From: Chloroflexota bacterium
Lineage (GTDB): Bacteria; Chloroflexota; UBA11872; VXOZ01
Direction: 5' to 3'
Length of the DNA stretch: 64,000 bases
Assembly (NCBI GenBank): GCA_965221905.1
Contig: OZ244922.1
Span: 2,240,001-2,304,000, forward strand
Shown here: piece after piece, positions 51,097 to 60,543 of the stretch
How positions within the stretch are numbered: position 1 is the stretch's first letter
Layout of the letters: each line of letters begins with the position of its first letter
The notes under the pieces: model-generated
What the model saw: the letters and a program-made list of their open reading frames with translations, nothing else
Databases searched by the model: none
Told to the model about the DNA's origin: nothing
Made by a program: the position numbers and the translations under genes

Positions 51097-51726
51097 GAGT
51101 TGACCCTTTTCACTTCACCTTGCGTTACGGCATTGTAAACTGTGCTGAAAAGGTATCGGCATAGACATGGCTGAGAGTGCGCCGCAGCTCAAGACAACGT
51201 CGTCCGGTCGCCTGCAACAATTCTGCTCCGCTGCCGTCAATATGCCACAAGGGCCGAATAGACGGCTTTCGGATTACTCCGAAGAACTACCTCCAAGCCA
51301 ATGTGCGAGCTAGAGTTGATTCCGCTCTTTCCGTGTCGTCGCACGAAGCCCGTGCTCTCCTGGAGAGAGCAAAGCTCTGGACCGTGTTGCACGGCAGAGG
51401 CACAATGAATTCACCTCTATTCCGTGTGCAGTGTACCATGATGCCACGGCGTATCGGCGATGGCGGGCAGGCTTCAAGACCATCTGGTGTCAACCTGTCA
51501 CACTCCTAATACTAGTACTTCTAGTTCAGCTTTCCAGTCATGCCGGTTTAGCCCGTACTTGTACACTCGTTCTCACATGATGTGCTATCCCAAGGGTGCG
51601 GGTGCCGTTCAAGGGCAGATCGAGCACAATAACATCAATCCACTGCCATTACCTGATAACAGGCGCCGCTGGTCAATTCCTTACGTCCTGGCATACGACG
51701 GTAAGTATGAGTGGAGGGCCTTGCCC

Positions 51727-51774
51727 CGACGCCTGGCGACGCCTGGCGTCGCCTGGCGTCGCCTGGCGTCGCCT
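51727..51774. repeat. 10-bp tandem repeat (GCCTGGCGWC) x4 in the putative promoter of the PLD-NTPase gene
   Basis: cgac-GCCTGGCGAC-GCCTGGCGTC-GCCTGGCGTC-GCCTGGCGTC-gcct, directly before TATACT (51780-51785). Confidence 0.9.
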
Positions 51775-51823
51775 TGCATTATACTATCGGCACGGGAGAC
51801 CTTTTTCCCTCGAGGAGGCCGTG

Positions 51824-53881
51824 ATGCCGATAGGCGAGCCCGGACAAATAGAAAACCGCGGATTCGAATTTGACGACGGTAGCGGGCTGCGGGTGGCGCA
51901 GGTCCGCTTTGAGTCTGAATCCAAGTTCTCTTGGTCGCTGTTCGACGGCTACGACCGCATCCGCATTCTCACCTATTCCGCAGGGGTTGGCGCGATCGTG
52001 CGGCTGCTTGAAAGGCATGGCTTTAGCGATTTCGAGTGCGTATTTGGGTGCGAGAGCACGCTGCGCACACTGAAGGACATCATGGCATTCCAGCAGGTGG
52101 CCATCAGCGACACCCGGGCCGCCATCAAGAACCTATCGGACGAACGCCACGCCTTCATTCTCAGCCGCGTCAGGGAAGGGCAAGCCCGCTTTTGGGTGCT
52201 GCGCAAACAGATCGCCCACGCCAAACTCTACCTGCTTGAGAACACGGAGACCGGTAGCACCCGTACCCTTGTAGGCTCCGCGAACCTATCGGAGACAGCC
52301 TTTGGGGGACACCAATTAGAGACACTGCTCTGCTTCGACAATGATGACGCTGCGTGGCGGCACTACCTTGGCATGTATGAATCCATCAGGGACCGGGCGT
52401 CGGATGAAATACCCCTGCCACCTGAACGGATCGAGAATTCGGAGATAACGCTGCAGGAAGTGCCGGTGCTCGATCCTGAAGATATTTCCAACTTGGTAAT
52501 TGAACCATCGGAAGGCGAGCTAGGCCAAGGCGATGGCGCCCACATCGCCGTTCCCGCGCAAATAGAGCGCATTGAGAAGATGAAAGCGGCGATTCCGCCG
52601 GTGGTAGCGAACCTGATGCCGCCGCTGCGTAACGGCAGACAGCACGTGACCCCCGATATCAGGCGCAAGATCGTGCGGGAGTCCAGCCGCATTCGCACTG
52701 TGCAAAACGAGGAAGACGCCGACCATCGAGAACTATCCATCGACAGGGACACAAAGAGCGTACTGCTCCTCGGCGATCCGTATTCCCTCGAAGCCGATCT
52801 CACCGCCGCGAAGAAAGACGCAGCCTTGCTGGTGGAGTTCTTCAGCAACTACGAGGGTACGTTCGAAGGCGGTATGGGGGTTGAGCGGCTCCAGCGAGAC
52901 TACTTCATCCTCTGGTCGTGGCTCTACTTCTCGCCCTTCATGTGCGACATGCGCACGCTGGCGGGCCACCAGGGGGACATCTTTCGGTTCCCGTCGTTCG
53001 CCATCGTCTACGGCAAGCCGTCTTGCGGCAAGTCCAGCCTGATCGAGACTCTCATGACTTCCATGTTCGGCAAGCCCTATAGCATCGATAAGCGCGAGTT
53101 CACCCGGGCCAGACTGAGAGACCTTCAGTACGCGTACAAGCGATTCCCCGCCGTGTTCGACGATATCGGCAGGTCGGCAATTCGGAGCCACGGCGAGGAT
53201 GTCATCAAGGACGAGAACCCGCCACGGGTCCCGGAATACCCCTGTTTCGTGCTCTCGATGAATCAAGAGCTGAAGGCCTTTACCGATCAGATCGTCAAGC
53301 GCAGCCTGATGATCTACACCACCACGGCGCTTCCCTCCTACAAGGATAAGCTGCGCCACGATTTGCACCTGAAGATACAGGAAGTGCGCCGCAGCCTCTC
53401 CACGCATCTCTATCGCGAATACCTGCGCAGGGCGCTCGCTCAACTTGACGAAGACCCCCAACCCGATGACTGGCTCGCGTTCTCCTCAACCATCCTCGCC
53501 GGGTTGATTGGCGAATTGCTGGACGACAATCCACCGCAATGGTGCGCGCCCATTACGTGGGATGAATACGCGGACAAACGCCACGAGCGGGTCAAGTCTC
53601 AGCTCGAGCACCTCCTGCGGCCCGCCACCCGGATAAAGAAGGAGGGCGACCGGCCCACCGGCTGGATTCTGGAGGCGGAAAAGGTCATCGTCATCGAGCA
53701 GAAAGACACCTTCGGAAGGCGCGAGTTCGACTGGGAAAACGTGCCCTCCACCCTCATCGACGACAACGCCAGCGTCGGCGGCCGCACCGTGCTCAACCGC
53801 AAAGAACTGGAAGAATTCCTAGACAGGAAGCTTACCGGGGGAGGAATTCGATTCCTGGATAAGCTGTTTGGTCGGAGTTGA
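51824..53881 (+). CDS. PLD-family (HxK, NgoFVII-like) nuclease domain fused to a P-loop NTPase
   Basis: RBS GAGGAGG at 51812; HAKLYLL...VGSANLS PLD motif; Walker A YGKPSCGKSS and Walker B PAVFDDIG; about 685 aa. Confidence 0.8.
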   Translation: MPIGEPGQIENRGFEFDDGSGLRVAQVRFESESKFSWSLFDGYDRIRILTYSAGVGAIVRLLERHGFSDFECVFGCESTLRTLKDIMAFQQVAISDTRAAIKNLSDERHAFILSRVREGQARFWVLRKQIAHAKLYLLENTETGSTRTLVGSANLSETAFGGHQLETLLCFDNDDAAWRHYLGMYESIRDRASDEIPLPPERIENSEITLQEVPVLDPEDISNLVIEPSEGELGQGDGAHIAVPAQIERIEKMKAAIPPVVANLMPPLRNGRQHVTPDIRRKIVRESSRIRTVQNEEDADHRELSIDRDTKSVLLLGDPYSLEADLTAAKKDAALLVEFFSNYEGTFEGGMGVERLQRDYFILWSWLYFSPFMCDMRTLAGHQGDIFRFPSFAIVYGKPSCGKSSLIETLMTSMFGKPYSIDKREFTRARLRDLQYAYKRFPAVFDDIGRSAIRSHGEDVIKDENPPRVPEYPCFVLSMNQELKAFTDQIVKRSLMIYTTTALPSYKDKLRHDLHLKIQEVRRSLSTHLYREYLRRALAQLDEDPQPDDWLAFSSTILAGLIGELLDDNPPQWCAPITWDEYADKRHERVKSQLEHLLRPATRIKKEGDRPTGWILEAEKVIVIEQKDTFGRREFDWENVPSTLIDDNASVGGRTVLNRKELEEFLDRKLTGGGIRFLDKLFGRS

Positions 53882-54567
53882 AGATGAATCAGACTGAGCC
53901 CAATTCATTGCGCCCTGGAGATGCGACGCATCTGGCTCATGCTCCCTTGAAAACAACCAGCCTGCCGGCCGAGTGGGGCGCCGCGAGGAACTGCATAGCC
54001 CTGAATTCAGATTGTTTGGTGGGCCAAGGCGTACCGATTTGCGAACTTTTCGCTGGGAAGTTCGATTGTAGCATCGTGGGCGACTATTCACCACATTTTT
54101 TCATGCGATGAGTCACTCAGCCACCGACTCGTCGTTGTGCCAAACGGAGCCGAGCACCAGTCCACCGTGCTCGACTGACGACTACGGAACGCCCGTCTGT
54201 TGGCAACCCGCGCATCGGAATGCCGACACACCATGAGCGCAATCCGTTTCGTCCGCTTACGGAGCTTGCTCTTTGACCTGAACCTTCCTCACTGCTACCT
54301 TAGACTTGGATGTTTGCGGGTGGGTCACTGTGGACCGAAGGGTCGGAAACGCGCCTAGAGCAAACCGAGAAATTGTCCCTCACCCTGTTCATGACTCTCA
54401 GCTACGACTCCGCATTCGCAGTATAGCGCGCTACTTCCCCATGGATGAGGCATATTGCTATGAACTGCGACACAGAGTTTGGACGGGAAACTTCCGTCAG
54501 GCCAGTAATTCATTGGTGCAATAGGGCCATCTCGTATAGGCAATTTACCTTGAGGAGACGATATTAG

Positions 54568-55557
54568 ATGGAGAACGCCATTCACACCGCAGAGGGCTAC
54601 ACGGATCGAATACGACAAGAGCTCGAAAACTGCCTTATTGAGACGAATCTTTCTCAAGGTGAGAAGTTTGAAGCCAAAGTACGGGATCGATACGATCTTG
54701 GGGATCGTTTGGTACTCATCACCACCGACCGACAGAGTGCCTTCGACCGGGTGCTGGCCGCTATCCCCTTCAAGGGGCAGGTCCTCAACATGACGAGCGC
54801 ATGGTGGTTCGAACAGACCCGCCATATTGTGCCAAATCAGGTTTTGTCCATCCCCGATCCAAACGTCACAATTGCTAAGAAATGTACTGTCTTCCCGATT
54901 GAGTTCGTGGTGCGTGGATACATCACCGGAACCACGAGCACCTCCCTCTGGACGGTCTACCAGAGTGGTCAGCGTCACTACTGTGGCATTGATTTGCCCG
55001 ACGGCCTGGTGAAAAACCAGAAGCTCCCGACGAATTACCTCACACCGACCATCAAGGACGAGGACCACGACCTTCCGATCAGCCCTGACGAGATCGTGTC
55101 CGAGAACTGGATGACGGCCGAGGATTGGGAACAATGTAGCCGCATCGCACAGGAACTTTTCGCTTTCGGTCAAGCCAAGGCCGCCGAGTATGGCCTGATT
55201 CTCGTCGATACCAAATATGAGATGGGCCGTGACGAGAACGGTGAGATCCTTCTGATCGATGAGATCCATACCCCTGACTCCAGTCGCTACTGGATCGCCG
55301 ACACTTATCAACAGCGCATGCGGGAGGGACAGGAACCCGACAACGTCGACAAAGAATTCCTCCGGCTCTGGTTCACGGAGAACTGCAACCCCTACGAAGA
55401 TGACGTCCTGCCACCGGCGCCGGATGACCTTGTAATCGAACTCTCAAGTCGCTACATCTACCTTTACGAGACGATCACCGGTCGCTCTTTCGAGTTTCCG
55501 GAGGCGGACCAACCGATCGAGACACGTTTGGAAAACAACCTTGAAGGAATCGCTTGA
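54568..55557 (+). CDS. purC: Phosphoribosylaminoimidazole-succinocarboxamide (SAICAR) synthase, long form
   Basis: KVRDRY, TDRQSAFD, IPFKGQVLN, EFVVRGY, LVDTKYEMG, DEIHTPDSSRYW and DKEFLR; RBS GAGGAG. Confidence 0.95.
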   Translation: MENAIHTAEGYTDRIRQELENCLIETNLSQGEKFEAKVRDRYDLGDRLVLITTDRQSAFDRVLAAIPFKGQVLNMTSAWWFEQTRHIVPNQVLSIPDPNVTIAKKCTVFPIEFVVRGYITGTTSTSLWTVYQSGQRHYCGIDLPDGLVKNQKLPTNYLTPTIKDEDHDLPISPDEIVSENWMTAEDWEQCSRIAQELFAFGQAKAAEYGLILVDTKYEMGRDENGEILLIDEIHTPDSSRYWIADTYQQRMREGQEPDNVDKEFLRLWFTENCNPYEDDVLPPAPDDLVIELSSRYIYLYETITGRSFEFPEADQPIETRLENNLEGIA

Positions 55558-55710
55558 AGATATGCGGAGGACAATAGGGCCGATGTGATTCTCCTTCCAC
55601 TTCAATTGACGGAAAGCCCTATCCAACAAGCAAGAAGTGTAGGCTGATCAGGCGCTCAACTTAACCGAGCCGGCATTTTTTCTTAGAAGGTGTCCAATAG
55701 GTCGCCTGAT

Positions 55711-55769
55711 CCGTTCGTGGTGAGCTTGTCGAACCAAGAACGACCCTTCGACAGGCTCAGGGTGAACGG
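55711..55769. repeat. REP-like palindromic element
   Basis: CCGTTCGTGGTGAGCTTGTCGAA...TTCGACAGGCTCAGGGTGAACGG imperfect inverted repeat; a half copy lies at 24328-24353. Confidence 0.8.
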
Positions 55770-55890
55770 AGTTCTTACACACCATTGGAGTTCTAGCGTC
55801 GCAAACACCGTTACCTCTTCTCTGACGGTTCGTCGCCGGGGCTCGTCAAGTTGGCTTGATAGTTAAGCCGAAATTGAATCGAGCGAAAAA

Positions 55891-56550
55891 GTGAAGAGAT
55901 TTATCCTCTTTGACCATGATGGCGTTCTGGTGGATACCGAATTCTGGTATTACAAGGCCGGAGAGCGCGCCCTGGCTGACATTGGATTTATTTTGGATAG
56001 AGATCAATACGTCCGAGACATGACCCAGGGATTGGCCACCTGGGGCCAAGCTAGAGCGGCAGGTATTGATGAACAGACTATCAGCAGGCAGCGTGAAGTC
56101 CGTAATGTCTATTATCAGAAATATCTTAGAACAGAAGACATCGAAATCAAGGGTGTCTTGGAAACGCTGGACGTACTCGCAGCTGAGCACAGGATGGCCG
56201 TAATTACTACCTCCAAACCACCTGATTTCGCCTTAATACACGATAGGCGATCCATTCTGGATCATATGGAATTCTATTTTACTCGGGAGGATTACGAGCG
56301 AGCTAAACCACATCCCGAACCCTATCTGAGAGGGCTCCAACGCTTTGGTGCTACTGCCGCTGAAACGGTTGTTGTTGAAGACTCGGCGAGAGGGATGAAC
56401 TCGGCAATTGCGGCGGGTATTGACTGCATCGTGGTCGCGAACGAGTTCACTGCAGCTCACGATTTATCCAAAGCGACTGCCAAGGTTGCTACGTTTAGGG
56501 AACTGCCATCTGCAATAAGGGGCTTGGACAATTTACCCGCGCGACGCTGA
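55891..56550 (+). CDS. HAD-family phosphatase (beta-PGM/CbbY-like)
   Basis: FDHDGVLVDTE, ITTS, KPHPEPYL and VEDSARG. Confidence 0.9.
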   Translation: MKRFILFDHDGVLVDTEFWYYKAGERALADIGFILDRDQYVRDMTQGLATWGQARAAGIDEQTISRQREVRNVYYQKYLRTEDIEIKGVLETLDVLAAEHRMAVITTSKPPDFALIHDRRSILDHMEFYFTREDYERAKPHPEPYLRGLQRFGATAAETVVVEDSARGMNSAIAAGIDCIVVANEFTAAHDLSKATAKVATFRELPSAIRGLDNLPARR

Positions 56551-56596
56551 AGAGCGCGCGCCTGCCAAAAGCGTTTGGCCTTAGAAATCGAGAGTC

Positions 56597-56765
56597 ATGA
56601 ATCAGCAAACGCAGAAGCAACCCGCCGAATCGCCGGCCGAAAGCTATGAATATCAGATGGTACCGGCCATATTTGCCCCTTGGGTGCCGGCCCAACTGGG
56701 CTTTGCAGCGCCACAGATTGGCGGAATTTTCCTGGATGTCGCGTGTGGTACTGGCGTTTTCACGC
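56597..56765 (+). pseudogene. N-terminal remnant of a class I SAM-dependent methyltransferase
   Basis: AESYEYQMVPAIFAPW...FLDVACGTGVFTR (motif I), after which similarity ends. Confidence 0.65.
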
Positions 56766-56972
56766 GAAGTTGCCGAGGCTTTGGACCTCATCGTGGAGTT
56801 CCGTGAGCGTAAGGAGAAGCTGGAGATTGCCGCAGAAGAAGCGAGGAGCTTGCCCAGGAAGCGGTGGCAACTCCTGGATAGCGCCGATGCCTTCGCCACT
56901 TTCGCCGAGGAGATGGACGAGATTCTCAAGGACAACGCCTACGGAATTCTCTTGCGCTTCAAGAGAAAGTGA
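56766..56972 (+). pseudogene. Putative C-terminal remnant of a large serine recombinase
   Basis: EFRERKEKLEIAAEEARSL...LLDSADAFATFAEEMDEILK resembles the coiled-coil C-terminal region of Chloroflexota recombinase-family proteins (recalled, not searched). Confidence 0.45.
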
Positions 56973-57007
56973 CCTGGGCAGATGGTTGAGGGGCAGATCA
57001 ACTGGGC

Positions 57008-57745
57008 CTATCTAGTTGGGTACCGAGCGTTCGGGCCTTCAAGGATGGCGCGCTGGGAATCGGTCAGGTCTGCATAGTCATTGGGGTCCAGGTAGCTGGC
57101 CGACCATGAGAGCGGGTGCGGGCTGTACTTGAAGAAGATGGTGCGGCGCTCGTCAGCGCCGTTCCAGGGAAGGGTGCCGTGGGTAAGGGCCTCAGTGAAG
57201 ATGATGGCGGTGCCGGCGGGTCCGGTTACCCGCTCCACGAAAGGGCCCGGCTCGTCCATCACTTTCCACTCATCGGGGAACTTGTAGTTGCTCTTGTGCG
57301 AGCCTGGCACGCAGCCGAAGCCGCCGTCCATGGGGCCAACATCCTTCAAATTGTAGGCAACCACGGATAGGCCGTTATGCATCATCCCGTTCTGGAAGCG
57401 GTAGTAGAACGTGGGCTTGAAGGGGGCACCACCGCCGTGGAGGCTCGTTCCGATCGGGCCCTTGCCTGACCTGATGACATCGAGATAAACGTGGTCGAGC
57501 CTGAACTGATCGCCAAGCAGTTCGGCCAGGTAGGGTGTGATGGCCGGATTGTCGATTAGGTCGCGGTAGTCCTTGGACCAGTCGAGCAGGGGCGCAAACC
57601 TGTGGGTGCGCATGTCCGTTGGGCACTCAGTTGCGATGTGCTCGTCGAGCACGCTGTTGAGCTGGGCGATCTTCTCAGGTGACAATGCTCCCGGCACAAC
57701 AAGGTAGCCTTGAAGGTCGAACATGTAGCGCTCGTGGTCGTTCAT
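57008..57745 (-). CDS. Phytanoyl-CoA dioxygenase (PhyH) family Fe(II)/2-oxoglutarate oxygenase
   Basis: FDLQGYLVV, LHGG, GGFGCVPGSHKSN, AGTAIIFTEALTHG and RRTIFFKY. Confidence 0.88.
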   Translation of the reverse strand: MNDHERYMFDLQGYLVVPGALSPEKIAQLNSVLDEHIATECPTDMRTHRFAPLLDWSKDYRDLIDNPAITPYLAELLGDQFRLDHVYLDVIRSGKGPIGTSLHGGGAPFKPTFYYRFQNGMMHNGLSVVAYNLKDVGPMDGGFGCVPGSHKSNYKFPDEWKVMDEPGPFVERVTGPAGTAIIFTEALTHGTLPWNGADERRTIFFKYSPHPLSWSASYLDPNDYADLTDSQRAILEGPNARYPTR

Positions 57746-58159
57746 GAGTTGTCTCCCTGTTACATGTTATCTGGAATCAATGGCTAGAGCCTTTATGCCA
57801 TGTTCCTTCCAGGCCCTGTTTCTAGCCTACGTCGACCGCCTCGATGGTCCACCAAGAGTCGGCAACTCAATACCTACCTTGCCACTCTGGAGGACCAATC
57901 GCAATAACCTGGTTTCGATCTCTGTAACCGAGGTCATGCCAAGACAGCAGACATGCACTTGAGTGGCGTCCAAGATTTGCTTTCGAGCGGGCGCCCCTCT
58001 AACTTCCCTTACACGGTTCCGTTCTTACCCTCCGTATTGTCACATCCCTGGGAAACTATCTCAAAATGGTCAGCCGCCACTGTCGGCGGAACCACAGGTC
58101 AAGTCTGGTCAAATGCAACCGTGGAATAGTTCGAGTCCCTTCAGGTCTTAGCTATGAAC

Positions 58160-58236
58160 TGGTGGGCAAGAGAGGACTCGAACCTCCGACCTCCACGATG
58201 TCAACGTGGCGCTCTAACCGGCTGAGCTACTTGCCC
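58160..58236 (-). tRNA. tRNA-Val (anticodon GAC)
   Basis: Minus strand GGGCAAGTAGCTCAGCCGGTTAGAGCGCCACGTTGACATCGTGGAGGTCGGAGGTTCGAGTCCTCTCTTGCCCACCA: acceptor stem GGGCAAG/CTTGCCC, anticodon stem CCACG/CGTGG with loop TTGACAT, T-loop GTTCGA, encoded CCA. Confidence 0.97.
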
Positions 58237-58326
58237 TTCATCTATGGCGGAGTATAGCATGGGACCAGTGCCTGAGCAATCGGCAGCGACCTGCCGCCAG
58301 CCTTGTTTTCCCTGCTTGTCAAGAGT

Positions 58327-58542
58327 CTAGCGCAATGTTACTAGCACCTCGTTAGGGCGAAACCAGGGAATGGTGAACAAAGGGTCATAGATCGCGATTC
58401 TCCAATCACTTTGGTGCTCTAGCCCCTGCACGCGCAGCCAGTCTTCCAACCTAGCTCTCTCAGTTTTGGCACTGTTGTTGAATGAAATACCCTTGAAGCA
58501 AATGCCGGCGATTTCGCGACGTTCGACCTCGCGCATGGTCAC
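58327..58542 (-). pseudogene. C-terminal fragment of a SOUL/heme-binding family protein
   Basis: ...F.G...L.DWL...GL...AIYDPLFTIPWFRPNEVLV resembles the SOUL C-terminal YNPPWT.P..RRNEV motif; the N-terminal part is missing. Confidence 0.6.
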
Positions 58543-58549
58543 ACTTCTG

Positions 58550-58729
58550 TTGCACAGGACTGGCGCCGTTTCGTACGTATTCTTCGGCTTCCGTCCCCGC
58601 TATCCCGCCAACTAGACTCATGGGGATCGTGTCGCAAACACTGGCCTGCCCAGGGCCGAAGTCAATCTCCTGCACGAACGATTCGATGAACGGTAGTTGC
58701 ACCGTCAGCTCGTTCACCTTCTGGTACAT
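58550..58729 (-). pseudogene. Second putative serine-recombinase C-terminal remnant
   Basis: NELTVQLPFIESFVQEIDFGPGQASVCDTIPM resembles the recombinase C-terminal ELT...FI.SFVKEI.V.PG.A.I.YTIPM pattern (recalled, not searched). Confidence 0.45.
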
Positions 58730-59166
58730 GCCTACGCACACAGGCGACCTGCTTGCACCGAATCGATCGGCCCGGTTTGGCCGACACCGGGCCGAAGAAG
58801 CCCGCCGGAACCCGCGTCCTTGTGATTGAGCGGCATCGCAGCCGCCGCGACCTCTGCCCAATACCCCTCGGCCAAGTCTCCCCAAGCCAAGTTTTCACCA
58901 AACTCGGTAGACGCAATTTAATCCACTTCGTCAATCGTCGTAACAGCCGCTGCACAGGCGCTCGCGGGCAGCCATCGGCTGTGAACCGCCAGACTACCGT
59001 GCCGCTCATTCTGTGTGATCAAGAAACAAATACGGTTTGCAGGTCGGTCAAAGCTTCCGCCCTTCCAAGGGCAGTTCCGCCGCCACATTAGTAGCTTGTG
59101 CGCGCCCACACACATGTGCACAAGCGATTTTTGACAGTCATTAAGGAAAATGTACATAATGCGATC

Positions 59167-60543
59167 ATGATCGACAGCGATGTGCAGCGTTCCAGGGCAG
59201 CCCAAGTGGGTTTCCTAATGAGGTCTTAACGCCAATCCTTCTCCCAGGGAGAGGGCCGGCGAGGGTTGACTCAGAAAGCACTGCTGGAGCGCATGGCGTC
59301 GGTGGACGGGGAATACGCAGAGCGGTACAGTCATGCCACAGTCTCGCGGTGGGAATCGGGTGGTACCCGCCCTACACTTCAGCGGCTGAAGGTCTTTGGT
59401 ACGGCACTCAACTTGTCGCAGCCAGAGGTAGCCGGCCTGATACTGCTGGCAGGGCTCGCGCCCGACTTTCAAACTGCAACGGAGCAGGTCACCGTGAGCA
59501 GTGGTACCGACGCCATTAGCAATGTAGGAATAGTAGACGAAATTTCTGCCCGTGTTGTTGGGGAGAATGAAAGGGCTTGGGCAACCGAGAGCGCCTCGTC
59601 AATTCTTAGGGATGTGATCCGTTTTGGGCTTCTCAGGTTCCTGCTGCTTGGGATATGCATAGTAGGCGGTGGGTATGGCTTGTCACTCTTTGGCTGGAAC
59701 GACGTCTGGATGCCCATAGTCTACGTAGCTTGCATAACGGGTCTCGTGCTGGCGCAAGGCTTTTTGCTGCCGGATCATGACGCTGACCTCAGGGATTTCT
59801 TCTGGATCTCACTGTTTTTTCTGTTGACCACTCCCTTGCTGCAGTTCGCCCCTATTCGCATGGACCACTACAACTTTCATACGATTGAGAGTTTTGCCGG
59901 CACACAGATGCCTTACATGCTCGCCCTCTTGGTGAACCTGCTGGTCTCATCTGCCGCCGGGCTTATATTTCATCTGCTATGGAAGAGGCAATACGCCTGT
60001 GTCAGGGGAAGGAGCAACGCCCTCCGGCGGGCGACCTGGGTTGCACTGCCACCGGTGGTTTTCGTATATGCAGTGATCATGGTCATTACCAACATTTCGG
60101 TATCGATACAACTGGCCGTCCTGCTACCAGTGTTGGCTGCAGTCTTTACAATGTTGTTGGTCTTGCGTGACCCCTCTGTCAATACCAGTGATCGGGACCG
60201 ACGGTTCCTCCTCTCTACTACGATGGCAGTAGCTTTGGTCTCAACGACCTTGGGAATCATTACCATCCTGTCGATTTACGTCTCGCCGGATTTGCCTGTA
60301 GTTCTGCCGGACCATAATCTGCTACGTTCTTGGGAAATCAATTTTGCAGAGCTGGGCTATACTCGAGGAGAGGCGCTGGACCGCGTGAACCTAGGATACA
60401 TGTGGCACGCGATGTGCGTCTTCGTCTACATGGTCTTTGTCGTTGGCGGCAATCTAGTTGTCACCATTTACCAGATGGATGACGACCAGCGGCAATTGGG
60501 TACCCTAGGGCTTCCACAGCCCAATTTCAAGGTCATGGCATAA
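59167..60543 (+). pseudogene. XRE-like HTH plus multi-pass membrane protein; in-frame TAA at 59227-59229 (or an intact shorter gene from TTG 59266)
   Basis: ATG 59167 gives MIDSDVQRSRAAQVGFLMRS*RQSFSQGEGRRGLTQKALL, continuous with the HTH SHATVSRWESGGTRP, followed by about 8 hydrophobic segments. Confidence 0.65.

Noticed and set aside
53878-54111. Small ORF directly downstream of the PLD-NTPase as a partner subunit
   Set aside because: No recognisable motif or convincing composition; cannot be supported without a conservation search.
54300-54567. ZMP/ZTP or purine riboswitch upstream of purC
   Set aside because: The conserved pfl elements (GACTGGCG...CGCCTGGG) and the purine-riboswitch core were not seen.
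54355-55311. 318-aa minus-strand ORF
   Set aside because: Antisense shadow of purC.
58129-58138. GTTCGAGTCC, an inverted copy of the tRNA T-arm sequence just beyond the tRNA 3' end
   Set aside because: Only 10 bp and in inverted orientation; too short to call an att site or tRNA fragment.
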